This document shows, one piece after another, positions 14,396-23,763 of a DNA stretch of 24,785 nucleotides. The translations under genes were made by a program, and so were the position numbers. The DNA lies in the IMG/VR virus record IMGVR_UViG_3300010366_000065, positions 1-24,785 of that record. One strand, 5' to 3'. Under the pieces are notes generated by a model. The model worked only from the letters and a program-made list of their open reading frames with translations, made no database searches and had not been told where the DNA came from. The DNA comes from a virus. Lineage: Duplodnaviria; Caudoviricetes. Each line of letters starts with the position of its first letter. Position 1 is the stretch's first letter.

Positions 14396-15088
14396 CTAGC
14401 GGTTCCTGGTCCAGAAAACCAGGCCCCTGGGCATCGGGGCACCCCGGCCAGGCCCGGCCAGGTAGCGGGCAAAGGCCGCGCTATTGCCACGGTTCATATT
14501 CTCAAATGACACATTGATGATGTTATTAACGGTGGTGCTCCGACGCCTCACCAGCTGGTCAAGGCTGAAACTCCCGTCTGCCACATGGCGAAATGGGCCG
14601 CTCATGTTACCCCCTAAGGCTCTGCTGACTATGGTGGGGACCTGCCGGATAATCGGGTCACCAGGGCAGGCAGTGGCAACGTGCTGCCGATGCCAGCCCA
14701 CCCCGGCCTGGCTCGCATTAGCCGCCACGCGGACAGTCAGCGGCCCATACCGGCCAGCTGCCCACCTGATAATCCTGGCGTTAGCATCCAGCTGGGCAGT
14801 GGTAAGGGACTGGCCCACCCCTGCCTCATTCCCGATGCCGATACTGCGGCCATTGGCCTGTTTTGCATGCCATGCCGTATTAGCGGTGTCCACCCATTGC
14901 CATATGGACCCCGCCCTGGTCACACCAAAGTGATAGCTGACCTGAGAGGCAGGATTCCGCAGCCAGTTTTCGGCCCCGGACAATGACGAAACCGTGTAGT
15001 GGACAATTGCGAGATTTACCCGCACGGGGCGGCCCCGGTTGAAATGGTTTACCCCGGCCCGCCACTGTGCGCCCGGCATCCTAGCCAT
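14396..15088 (-). CDS. Endolysin, N-acetylmuramoyl-L-alanine amidase (Amidase_2) with possible LysM-like C-terminus
   Basis: IVHYT, VSYHF, AWHA...N-x-RSIGI, WHRQ...TACPG Zn-amidase motifs; likely start ATG 15088 (ATGGCTAG overlap). Confidence 0.92.
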   Translation of the reverse strand: MARMPGAQWRAGVNHFNRGRPVRVNLAIVHYTVSSLSGAENWLRNPASQVSYHFGVTRAGSIWQWVDTANTAWHAKQANGRSIGIGNEAGVGQSLTTAQLDANARIIRWAAGRYGPLTVRVAANASQAGVGWHRQHVATACPGDPIIRQVPTIVSRALGGNMSGPFRHVADGSFSLDQLVRRRSTTVNNIINVSFENMNRGNSAAFARYLAGPGRGAPMPRGLVFWTRNR

Positions 15089-15257
15089 CGGCAGTCTCAC
15101 CTGGGCTGTCTGGATAGCTGTCTGGGCTGCCTTCCTCCCGCTGGGGCTCGCCACCCTCGGGGGTGCCATCCTCGCCAGGGGCGGCATCTTCCTCATAAGG
15201 CTTTTCTGGCTCGGTGCCCTCGGCCTGGTCCTGGTCCTGCTCGGGCTGCTCGGTCAT
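15081..15257 (-). CDS. Small highly acidic protein (58 aa)
   Basis: AGAAAGGAACACACA-ATG RBS; MTEQPEQDQDQAEG...ETADG; stop overlaps the endolysin start. Confidence 0.7.
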   Translation of the reverse strand: MTEQPEQDQDQAEGTEPEKPYEEDAAPGEDGTPEGGEPQREEGSPDSYPDSPGETADG

Positions 15258-15270
15258 TGTGTGTTCCTTT

Positions 15271-16164
15271 CTAATTCCCTGGGTTGTGTTTCCAGAGGGC
15301 CAGGGTTGACCCTGCATAGATGGTGGATTGGGTATCGGTGTTAACCGACCGACGCCAGCGGACGGCAAAGGGTCCCCCGTTTGCACCAGTAATCAGCACC
15401 CCCTGGCCCCAAACGCTCATCTGCGAACCGAGGCCATCAGTCCAGGCGGCCAGGGTGGCGGCAGTCCATGCCTGGCCCTGGGACAGCCAGGCATTACTGG
15501 TGCCCCGGTAAATGAGGCCGATATTGCCCGATACCCCGGCAGGGGCCACCCAGCCAAAGCCGAACATGCCCGCTGAGGCACCCTGGCCGCCCTGGTAAAT
15601 CAGGCACATTGACACCAGGTAAGCCGTGCGGGGCTCAACTGGCACGACTAGCTCAGGGTCAGTGGTAAATGCGGTCCCGGTGTTCCCGGTGCCCGCATTG
15701 CTTTGCTTGCAGGCAATTAGCCCAGGGCTGACAGCGAATGTGGGCAGGGCTGGGGCAAAGGTCATGGCCGCGCTGGTATTGGCATTCGCGGGGGCTGTGA
15801 TCGTGCCCAGCTGTATGCCCGTGCGGCCCACTGCCTGAGCCGCAGTAATCAGGGCCAGCTGCCAGGTGCCCGCATTAACGTTAATGTCGCACCACAGAAT
15901 ATCTGTCCTGCCGCCCGTGCCCGCTGCAGTGGTGGTAATTGTGCTGGTGGCCAGGCTGCCCACCACAGCGCTGGTGCCATCCCCGCAATCCACGATGGCC
16001 CGCCATGGCCCGATATTGATAACCAGGCCCGTGCCCGCCGACAATACGGGGGCCTGCTGAATGCCTATCCGCCCGCTGGCCAGTCCCGAAATCACGTTGC
16101 GGTCATCTATGGCGTTATAGGTCTGTGCCTGCCCATACATCAGCAGGCCGCTAGGTGTGGTCAT
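15271..16164 (-). CDS. Minor tail protein / receptor-binding candidate
   Basis: Gly/Ala/Thr-rich; RTDIL N-terminal tail motif; TTDPELVVPV...TIYAGS beta-sandwich C-terminus; last tail gene. Confidence 0.8.
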   Translation of the reverse strand: MTTPSGLLMYGQAQTYNAIDDRNVISGLASGRIGIQQAPVLSAGTGLVINIGPWRAIVDCGDGTSAVVGSLATSTITTTAAGTGGRTDILWCDINVNAGTWQLALITAAQAVGRTGIQLGTITAPANANTSAAMTFAPALPTFAVSPGLIACKQSNAGTGNTGTAFTTDPELVVPVEPRTAYLVSMCLIYQGGQGASAGMFGFGWVAPAGVSGNIGLIYRGTSNAWLSQGQAWTAATLAAWTDGLGSQMSVWGQGVLITGANGGPFAVRWRRSVNTDTQSTIYAGSTLALWKHNPGN

Positions 16165-16167
16165 GGC

Positions 16168-17430
16168 TCATTCCTCAATCCCTGGGGGTGGGGCTTCCAG
16201 CCTTTGATGGAAGTTGTTTGCCTGGAATGAGGCAGCGCGGGCCAGGGTGCCAGTCAGGGTGTTATCCAGCCGTGAGGGCGGCTGGGCCAGCTGCACCGTC
16301 CAGTCAACTGTCCCCGCTGCCGCGTCGGCGGCCATCCCGGTCAGCCGCCCGGTGGTGCTGTAACCCTCGGGGGTCAAAGGGTCGGCAATTTGCAGCAGCA
16401 CATCATCACCGACCCCATATGAGCCGAGGGGCGGCAGGCTGACCGGCATAGTGGCGCTAACCTCTAATGTCGGGTAATTGTAAGTCTGGGCATTTGCGTT
16501 AGCCCGCTCGGTCAGGGTGGACCGCAGAATGACGCCAGGCCAGTCATCGACACTATCTATATTCGGTATTCCCCGGTCCCATTGCGTCTGGGTCACCAAT
16601 ACCACGGGCCTGCGGTCAGTGGCTGCAGCCGTTTCTGGAAGTTCCCCGACGGCAAATGTCCTGGTGCGGAATTGCTCGCTGTCCCATTTCAGGTGATAAG
16701 AGACAGCCCCGCCAGGCACCTTGATGCCCAGGCCGCTATCCCTGCCGACCCTGGGATATGCAATTCTGATGCTGGGGTCAAGGCGGCCCGTGGCATCAAT
16801 GCCGTACTCTGACCGGAATTCAGGCCCCTGGATAACCTGGGTCAGGTTGGTGAGCAAATCCCCCCGGCTGCTGCCCTCTAAATACTGGTATGTGCGGTCC
16901 CTCAGAAAGCCTGGCCCTGGCTGGGTGACTCGCCGGATGCCCACATTATCCAGGCGGGCTGCCAATTCGGCGGCTATGTATGTCTGTTCCTGCTGTGTAT
17001 AGGTGCGGTTTAGGGCATGTTGTTTCCGGTCGATATACCCGATGCCTTCCACAAATGTGACCGTGACGGCGGGGCCGCCCTCATCATCCAGGGCAGTGGG
17101 CAGGCCCATCCATACGGGCTGATTGTTAAAGAAAGCCCAGAGCCGCCAGCCATAGAAACGGACCAAATCAGCGCGGGTCATCGGGCAGCCTTCCAGCGGG
17201 ATGACTGCCTCACCATTGCCCCAGTTGTTTAGTTCCCAGCTGCAGGTAAAGCTGGCCAGCTTGATGGGACCGATAGGCGCGTGATTCAGGGTGACTGAGC
17301 CCCCAGGGGTGGTGTTTGACTGGGCATTAGACTGGTCAGCCCAGAATGTCCATTCCCCTGGCAATACGGGGGTCACGTCAACCAATAGGGGCTCAAAGCC
17401 CCAATATGGCCGCTCATATTCCTTGGTCAT
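16168..17430 (-). CDS. Minor tail protein (baseplate hub, siphovirus Gp37-like)
   Basis: Follows Dit; PVWMG, RDRTY, GPEF, YPRVG and YGVGDDV motifs; start ATG 17430 (ATGA overlap). Confidence 0.85.
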   Translation of the reverse strand: MTKEYERPYWGFEPLLVDVTPVLPGEWTFWADQSNAQSNTTPGGSVTLNHAPIGPIKLASFTCSWELNNWGNGEAVIPLEGCPMTRADLVRFYGWRLWAFFNNQPVWMGLPTALDDEGGPAVTVTFVEGIGYIDRKQHALNRTYTQQEQTYIAAELAARLDNVGIRRVTQPGPGFLRDRTYQYLEGSSRGDLLTNLTQVIQGPEFRSEYGIDATGRLDPSIRIAYPRVGRDSGLGIKVPGGAVSYHLKWDSEQFRTRTFAVGELPETAAATDRRPVVLVTQTQWDRGIPNIDSVDDWPGVILRSTLTERANANAQTYNYPTLEVSATMPVSLPPLGSYGVGDDVLLQIADPLTPEGYSTTGRLTGMAADAAAGTVDWTVQLAQPPSRLDNTLTGTLARAASFQANNFHQRLEAPPPGIEE

Positions 17431-18311
17431 AGGTAGGCCGCCCGCCACTGCAATTCAACATAGCCAGTGCCGCTGCCATATAGTGACCAGGTGCCGATGG
17501 AATTGGCGGGCACGGTCATGGCTGATGAGCCAGCCAGCACATAGCTGGCCCTGGTGGCACCACCTGGGGCCACTGCCACCAGGCTTTCAGTGGCCACGGT
17601 CAATACCTGGCCCGCCACCAGCGCGGCAATCCTGATGGTGTTCCGGCCATCGGTCAATGTGGTGGCACTCAGCGGCCCGGTGTAGACAGCCCACACTGGC
17701 GCGGGCACGTTCCCCGGATTGTCCAGCCTGGCGCTATTGTCGATTGTCGGTGCCCCGTATTGCCAGCTGTATGTCCTGGGATAGGTGCGGCCCGTGGCAG
17801 CTGAGCCCCCCAGGGTCAATTCCGCTATTTCCCAGCCATCGGCATACAGCCTGGGATCATGGGCGGTCAGGGTGACCTGGTAAGTGAAAAGGACTGGCCC
17901 GGTCCACTCATGGGTCATCTGCTCGGTCCCGGCCCTGACAGCCGCTGTAAGGGCTCGGCCATCCTCCCCGACCACCAGGGGCACGGGCAGCCTGGCAGCG
18001 GCTTTCCCGGCCAGCTGGCGGCTCAGCAGCAGGCATCCCAGCCGAGGGCCATTAGCTATGCCAGTGATCGTGACTAGCCGCTCATGGATCGTTTTGACGC
18101 CAGCCAGGGCACCATCGGTGAGGGCCAGGTCCAGGTCATGCCCATCCAGGACCGGGGTGCCATACCAGCCCTCAACATTGGTGACAATGACCAGCATGCC
18201 GTCATCGCGGTAACCCTCATTCAAATCCAGGCCATCCCAGATGACAGGCACCAGCGTGTCAGCCGGGGTCGGTTCTATTACCTCGGGGGGCGGCTCGGGG
18301 TCAATGGTCAT
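17427..18311 (-). CDS. Distal tail protein (Dit-like)
   Basis: Follows the TMP; VEGWYG-x-P, L-x-AHDPRLY, NPGNVPAP and terminal WRAAY motifs. Confidence 0.88.
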   Translation of the reverse strand: MTIDPEPPPEVIEPTPADTLVPVIWDGLDLNEGYRDDGMLVIVTNVEGWYGTPVLDGHDLDLALTDGALAGVKTIHERLVTITGIANGPRLGCLLLSRQLAGKAAARLPVPLVVGEDGRALTAAVRAGTEQMTHEWTGPVLFTYQVTLTAHDPRLYADGWEIAELTLGGSAATGRTYPRTYSWQYGAPTIDNSARLDNPGNVPAPVWAVYTGPLSATTLTDGRNTIRIAALVAGQVLTVATESLVAVAPGGATRASYVLAGSSAMTVPANSIGTWSLYGSGTGYVELQWRAAYL

Positions 18312-18314
18312 CGC

Positions 18315-21300
18315 TTAGGCCCTTCCACTGGCGACAGCCCAGGACAGCCGCCGAGATACGGCAGCGGCAATGTCAACCTCTGACTGGCCCCTCTGGGGAT
18401 AGACATTTATGGTCACCCGCTGGGGGGCATTGCCCGCCTGCATTTGATTGCTGCCGGTCAGGGGTGACCACAATTCGGGGACCCTGGGGGCCTGCTCGCC
18501 GAATGAATAGGGCTGCCCGCTGTGGATGCCGATGCCCCAGACTGGCTCATTAAGGATGCCGCCCTGGGCATATCCATGGCCCCGGCCAATGACATTAAGC
18601 AAGTTAGCGCCATACCTGGCCCGGCCATACCGGACGGCGGCCCAGATGTTAGCGAATGGGTCCCAGATGCCCCGCCCACAATACGGCGCACAATAGGCGG
18701 CAAAGGTGGGGTCTATAACCTGCATCAAACCTTTTGATGGCGTCCCGGCGCGGGCATTTGAATCCCAGTTGTTAATGGCCCGCGGATTGAAATTAGATTC
18801 AGTTCTCATCTGGCTAATCCAGGCATTAGCGGTGTGCGGGATGCCCTGCCTGGCGGTAATAGCCCTGACCATGCGCTGGTATGCAATCGGCCCCATCGGG
18901 CCAAATCCGCCCGTGCCCCCGCCCGGCCCGGCATACATTCCCGGCCAGCGCCGGATCATATAGCCAGGGCTCGGGGTCTGCGGCCCGATGCCCGTTGCTG
19001 TGGACCTGGCGGCAAAGCCACGATTTTTTCCAGTGACCAGGCCCATATGGGTGCTGTTAACAAAGATGTCACCAGCTGCCATGTTGCCCGCGCTGACCGT
19101 CTGCATTTTGTTAAATGCCATCCAGTCAGTGGTCACGGGGCCATGGGCCGCCGAGGGTGCCCGGAATCCACCAGGGGCGGGCAGCTTACTCATTCCGGCC
19201 AGGTAGTTAATAAAGCTGCTGCAGTCAAAGCCAGTTGCCGGATTGGCCCCGCCACCCCAGCGGTATGGCCTGCCGTTGTATCGCATGGCCAGCCGCACAA
19301 TCCCGGTAGCGTCCCCAGCTGCAGCGCTTTTAGATTCCAGGAATGAGTCAAGGGCACCCAGCCCCATTAGGCCCAGTTTCCCGAATGCCACCCGGAAGAA
19401 ATTAGGGGGTATGGGTGAGGCTTCCAGGCCGTGCAGCAGCTTGGTTAGGGGCTTGGTCCCCAGCTTAAATGCCTGATAGGCCCCCCACTGGATGGCCTTA
19501 AAGAATGGGTCAAAGATGGCATTAGATGTCATCTGGCCCAGTTTCTTAAACGTGTTCCCTGCACCTGAGGCCAGGCCCTTTGCCCAGTCGATGGGGTTCC
19601 AGTAGGCAGCTGGGGGCACCACCCCAGGGCTGGCCCCGCCGTCACTGCCGACTAGGCCGCCCGTCTGGAATCCAGGGATGCCCTGAGACTTAGCCCAGGC
19701 CCTAAACCAGGGTGACTTTGCCCGGTCCTTTGGGACAACTGCCTCCCCGGCTTCCAGCATTGCCAGCAGCCGGTCCCCGCCCCCATAGCCGGGCAGCAGG
19801 CCACCACTGCTAAACCTCGGGATAAGCGGGATACTCATTTTCAGCTTGGATAGCAGCTTATTGGCACCATTCAGCAGCGGGTTAATGATGCTGAATGCCA
19901 CATACCTGGCGGGGGCCGCCACTGCCCCCCGGACCCCATTCCAGGCTGACCGGATAACCTGGGTCATGCGCTGGAATGCCTGCCCGGTCCTGGCAGCTGC
20001 CGTCTGGATGCCCCGCATGACTGGCGCGATGGTGGCGTTATAGACACCCCGAATCACGGTGCCGATTGCCCGCCAGGCCGCCCCGGTGGTATTCCTCAGG
20101 GCATTCTGAGCGGCACCATTCCGGTTAGTCAGCAGGTTAAATGCGCTGATGACTGGCCGGATCGTGTTGTTATAGGCCACAGCCACGGCAGACTTAATCG
20201 CATTCCACACAGCGATGGTGACTGCCCGCAGGGTGGACCAGTTGCGGACAATGGCATAAACGGCCAGCCCTACCGGGCCTGTCAGGATGGCGGTCAGCAG
20301 TGGCCAATTCCTGGCAATCCAGGTCCAGACACCCTGAGCCGTGCTCTTGACCCAGTTAAGCGGCACCAGCATGGCAGACACGATGGCGGCCCGGAATTTC
20401 CAGATGACGCCAATAAGGGCCAGCACCCCGACCACAGCGATAATGACCCAGCCCAGTGGGGATATGGCCATCACGATATTGAATGCCGCCCATGCGGCGG
20501 CCAGGCCCAGGATGATGTTTCGGAGCGGCCCCAGTTTCATAAAGCCCATCACCAGCACAGCCAGGCCCTGGGCTATGTAGCTGATCAGCTGCCCCAGCAC
20601 CTTTGCGGCCACGGTGATGGCGGGGATGATGCCCCGCAGCGATGTGGCCAGCTGGTTGCCCCATTCGATGGCCAGGCCCCCGCCCTTAGGGTCGATAAAC
20701 GGGGCCACGATTGCCCCGCCTATGTCCCTCATGGCCCCCTTGATGCGGTCAGTGGTCCCCACCCATGTGTTTTTGACGTTGGCAGCTGCCCCGCCAAAGC
20801 GCTTTTCCATTCCCCTGGATAGGGCATCCAGGGCTGTGGTGGCATCCAGGGTGCCTGCGGTTATCTGGTCCTTAATCTGGGTGCCTGTCTTGCCCATCGC
20901 CAGGCCGATTAGGTCGGCAGCGTTAATGCCTCGCTGGGCAAATTGCATCAGGTCCACACCAGTGATGCGCCCGGCTGCCTGAATCTGGGACATCACTAGC
21001 GTGATTTCAGACAGGGTTTGTGCGGTGCCGCCCGTGGCGGCCACGGCATCCTGTATGGAAGTCAGATAGGGAATCACCCGGTTAGCGGACACCCCGAACG
21101 AAATCATTTGCTGGGTGGCCTCAATAAATGCTTGCCTCGGGAATGGCGATGTCCGGGCAAATCTGGTGATGCGTTCCATCATCTGGTCAGCCGCTTTGGC
21201 TGATCCCAGGATGGTGGTAAATGCGGCCCTGGCCCGCTGGCTCAGCGAATTGTATTCGATCCCCGTTCTAATGGTCTGGACTGCCAGGGCACCCATGGCG

Positions 21301-21968
21301 ACAGCGCCACCAGCGGCCAGCGTCTTAATCCTGCTGCCCATTCCGGCCAGGGCACCCAGCCCCCGAGGGCCAGAGATTGCCTCTGCCGCTCGGGCGGCCT
21401 GGGTCTGGATGCTGCTGAATGCCCGGCCCAGGGCAGTGCTGACAGCGTTGCCCGCTGCCCCAGCTGCCCGCGTGAAAGCCGCCCCAGTAGCCTCTGCGGC
21501 CCGGCCAGCGGCCCCTGTGACGGCTGACCAGGCCCGGCCCAGGCCGGTGGTGATCGGGCCAGAGACAGCCCCGGCCACCCGGCCCCAGGCTGACTGCACT
21601 GCCGCAGCTGCCCGGCCCGCCTGGGTGGTGACTGCCGACCATGCGCGGGCCAGGCCGCTGGTCAATCCCTCGGGCAGCCTGGCCCAGACGCGGCTGGCCT
21701 GGCTGGCAATGGCTGACCAGGCCCGGCCCATTCCCCGCTGGATGTCCTGGGCCGCCAGCCTGAATTGCCATCTGAGATTGGTTGTTATGGCGGTCCAGCT
21801 GCGGCTTAGGGATTTGACGGCATCCTGGGTGCCCCCGGCCATTCCCTTACTGACCGACCGGCCCGCTTCCTGGCCTGCCTGGGTGGCGGCTTTCTGGATG
21901 TCGCGCCGCAGCTGCCCAGTGTCGGCCCGGACCACCACCACCAGGCCGCTGTAATCGTAATTAGCCAT
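18315..21968 (-). CDS. Tape measure protein with C-terminal NlpC/P60 and lytic transglycosylase domains
   Basis: 1217 aa, Ala-rich with Trp-periodic repeats and FARTSPF tape-measure domain; YRWGG...GFDCSSF...HMG; ESNFNPRAINNWDSNA-x-x-GTPSKGLMQ. Confidence 0.96.
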   Translation of the reverse strand: MANYDYSGLVVVVRADTGQLRRDIQKAATQAGQEAGRSVSKGMAGGTQDAVKSLSRSWTAITTNLRWQFRLAAQDIQRGMGRAWSAIASQASRVWARLPEGLTSGLARAWSAVTTQAGRAAAAVQSAWGRVAGAVSGPITTGLGRAWSAVTGAAGRAAEATGAAFTRAAGAAGNAVSTALGRAFSSIQTQAARAAEAISGPRGLGALAGMGSRIKTLAAGGAVAMGALAVQTIRTGIEYNSLSQRARAAFTTILGSAKAADQMMERITRFARTSPFPRQAFIEATQQMISFGVSANRVIPYLTSIQDAVAATGGTAQTLSEITLVMSQIQAAGRITGVDLMQFAQRGINAADLIGLAMGKTGTQIKDQITAGTLDATTALDALSRGMEKRFGGAAANVKNTWVGTTDRIKGAMRDIGGAIVAPFIDPKGGGLAIEWGNQLATSLRGIIPAITVAAKVLGQLISYIAQGLAVLVMGFMKLGPLRNIILGLAAAWAAFNIVMAISPLGWVIIAVVGVLALIGVIWKFRAAIVSAMLVPLNWVKSTAQGVWTWIARNWPLLTAILTGPVGLAVYAIVRNWSTLRAVTIAVWNAIKSAVAVAYNNTIRPVISAFNLLTNRNGAAQNALRNTTGAAWRAIGTVIRGVYNATIAPVMRGIQTAAARTGQAFQRMTQVIRSAWNGVRGAVAAPARYVAFSIINPLLNGANKLLSKLKMSIPLIPRFSSGGLLPGYGGGDRLLAMLEAGEAVVPKDRAKSPWFRAWAKSQGIPGFQTGGLVGSDGGASPGVVPPAAYWNPIDWAKGLASGAGNTFKKLGQMTSNAIFDPFFKAIQWGAYQAFKLGTKPLTKLLHGLEASPIPPNFFRVAFGKLGLMGLGALDSFLESKSAAAGDATGIVRLAMRYNGRPYRWGGGANPATGFDCSSFINYLAGMSKLPAPGGFRAPSAAHGPVTTDWMAFNKMQTVSAGNMAAGDIFVNSTHMGLVTGKNRGFAARSTATGIGPQTPSPGYMIRRWPGMYAGPGGGTGGFGPMGPIAYQRMVRAITARQGIPHTANAWISQMRTESNFNPRAINNWDSNARAGTPSKGLMQVIDPTFAAYCAPYCGRGIWDPFANIWAAVRYGRARYGANLLNVIGRGHGYAQGGILNEPVWGIGIHSGQPYSFGEQAPRVPELWSPLTGSNQMQAGNAPQRVTINVYPQRGQSEVDIAAAVSRRLSWAVASGRA

Positions 21969-22347
21969 GGCTGATCACCACGCCAGGGATCATGGCCAGC
22001 TGCTGGGCAGCCCCAGCCCAGGATTTGCCCTCAGGCGGCCCTGGGGCGGCCTGTGCGGGCCTTTCAGCCCTCGGCCTGGGCCTCGGCAAGGGCCTGGGGC
22101 GGCTGCCCTTGCCGCCCGCTGTGATCCATGCCAGCTGGGCCAGGTGATCGACCACCAGGGCCAATAGCTCAGCCTCAACTGACCACATCTGCCCGCCCTG
22201 CCTTGCCCAGGGCGGCAGCTGGTCCAGCAGCACGGCAATGCGCCGCACTGAAACGGCGGGGCTGAGTACGTCAACCCCATAGGCAGCCATTAGGGCTGCC
22301 TCTACTTGCGGGTCATAGCGGGCAGCTGCGGCCCGCTGGAAGGGGGG
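21961..22347 (-). CDS. Tail assembly chaperone, -1 frameshifted C-terminal part (lambda T-like)
   Basis: Frame open from the slippery site: FQRAAAARYDPQVEAALMAAYGVDVL...LP...W...PRP; ORF track start 22290. Confidence 0.85.
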   Translation of the reverse strand, partial: PPFQRAAAARYDPQVEAALMAAYGVDVLSPAVSVRRIAVLLDQLPPWARQGGQMWSVEAELLALVVDHLAQLAWITAGGKGSRPRPLPRPRPRAERPAQAAPGPPEGKSWAGAAQQLAMIPGVVISHG

Positions 22348-22661
22348 AGGGCTTCCAGGCCGCTGGCTTTGGCTACCTCATCAAATAGGGTATTAAGCGC
22401 ACCCACAGTGATGCCAGCCTCGGTCAGCTGCTGCCATTGCTCTGCCCCGATTAGCCGGGATAGGCCCTCTGACAGGTCACCTTTGGCTATCAGGTCCATT
22501 ACCTCTACAGGCCAGGACTGGGACGGGGGCACCTGGTAATTGCTGCCCTTATACGTGAAAAGGAAAGGGGCGGCTTTTGCCTCTCGGGCTGCTGCCTCGG
22601 CGGCTGCCTCTAGATCGAATGCCCCGGCCCCGTTTCCGTTGGCCACGGCGCGAGCGGTCAT
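22302..22661 (-). CDS. Tail assembly chaperone (lambda G-like)
   Basis: Between the major tail protein and TMP genes; PFLFTYKG...LIGAEQW. Confidence 0.88.
   Translation of the reverse strand: MTARAVANGNGAGAFDLEAAAEAAAREAKAAPFLFTYKGSNYQVPPSQSWPVEVMDLIAKGDLSEGLSRLIGAEQWQQLTEAGITVGALNTLFDEVAKASGLEALPPSSGPQLPAMTRK
22341..22347 (-). other. -1 programmed ribosomal frameshift heptamer C-CCC-CCT
   Basis: In phase as X XXY YYZ (CTC CCC CCT); the -1 frame runs into the 21961 ORF without a stop. Confidence 0.75.
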
Positions 22662-23359
22662 GACGTGACACCACTGCCCGCCATTTCAGGCTGGCTGCCG
22701 CCATTGCCCCGCCTGGGGACCCTGGCCCCGCCCGCCTGGGCCTCGGCTGCAGCTGCCCCGGTGCCGTTGGCCGACGCTGACAGCGGCTGGCCTGCCACGG
22801 ATGGCCCCAGCTGGATGTTAGCCAGCACCCCGGCCGTTTCCAGGGCACTCAGGGTGCAGTCCAGTGGCACCACAGCGCCACGGGTAATGGCCATGTCGCC
22901 AGCGTCGGAAAGGCTGGCCCTGGGGAAAGTGACCCTGAGCACCCGGTTGCCATCCCTGCTGTCAATGGAAATGGCATAGGTGTGCCCGGCCTGGTCCGTC
23001 CTCACCTGCATATCCAGGCTGCCGTCCGTGCCTTCCACGGGGATGTCTGTATCGAAATACAGTGCCAGCGTGCGGGCATTCAATTGCCACAATACGAATT
23101 GCATCGTGACTGACCGGCTGGTAATGATGCTCTTGATTGGCGCTACCGACTGCCAGGGGGTCAGGTCGGTGGAATCCGTAGACTGGCCGACTGTCGGCCC
23201 GTCATCCGACAAATAGCCCAGGCATGCCCATGGCGCTGGATATGCGGTGCTGGTGTCTGCGGGGGGTGCAGTCCCAGGGGGGGCAACGTAAATGCCCGGC
23301 CCATTCGGGGTGCCGACCTGTACCTCATCAGGTAGCAAGCATTCCGTTGGGGTGGTCAT
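22658..23359 (-). CDS. Major tail protein
   Basis: IYVAPPGTAPP...LGYLSDDG...TPWQS actinophage tail tube signature. Confidence 0.92.
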   Translation of the reverse strand: MTTPTECLLPDEVQVGTPNGPGIYVAPPGTAPPADTSTAYPAPWACLGYLSDDGPTVGQSTDSTDLTPWQSVAPIKSIITSRSVTMQFVLWQLNARTLALYFDTDIPVEGTDGSLDMQVRTDQAGHTYAISIDSRDGNRVLRVTFPRASLSDAGDMAITRGAVVPLDCTLSALETAGVLANIQLGPSVAGQPLSASANGTGAAAAEAQAGGARVPRRGNGGSQPEMAGSGVTS

Positions 23360-23376
23360 TGCCTATCCCTTTCTGA

Positions 23377-23763
23377 TCAGCCGGGCACCATTACGCGGCG
23401 GGCATCAGGCCCACTGGGGTCCCCGGTGCGGTTAGGGTGTGCGCGGTATTCGGCCCGCAGCACATATCGCGGCTGGCCATCCTCATCAGCCAGCCAAAAT
23501 GGCCCTTCGGTTATCTGGGCATAGCTAATCCAGCCCTCATCCCATGGCACCTGCGGCAATTCCCAGAGGATGCGGCGCACCTGCTCTGCCCGGTCCCATG
23601 CGGCTTTCTTTGTCCTGGCCCGGCAATCGACCTGCATTGAATAGCTGACCTGCCAGGGGACCAGGGCCATGGGCAGGGCGGAATAGCAGAATGACGTAAC
23701 GCCAGGAATGCCTTTCACGGCGGCCCAGACCCAGGCTTCCAGGTCGGGCTGTGCGGGGATCAC
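23377..23763 (-). CDS. Tail terminator protein
   Basis: PDLE...QVDC-x-A...A...GP-x-WL-x-D...PRY motifs; position before the major tail gene. Confidence 0.82.
   Translation of the reverse strand: MIPAQPDLEAWVWAAVKGIPGVTSFCYSALPMALVPWQVSYSMQVDCRARTKKAAWDRAEQVRRILWELPQVPWDEGWISYAQITEGPFWLADEDGQPRYVLRAEYRAHPNRTGDPSGPDARRVMVPG

Noticed and set aside
15089-15196. N-terminal extension of the endolysin to 15196
   Set aside because: It is the alternative frame of the acidic peptide gene, which has the strong RBS; ATG 15088 gives a typical overlap start
21115-21954. 279-aa plus-strand ORF
   Set aside because: Antisense to the Ala-rich tape measure repeats; no independent signals
22549-22848. Alternative-frame ORF as a frameshifted major tail extension
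   Set aside because: Low-complexity Arg/Pro/Gly sequence with no Ig-like domain and no clear slippery site; overlaps the chaperone gene
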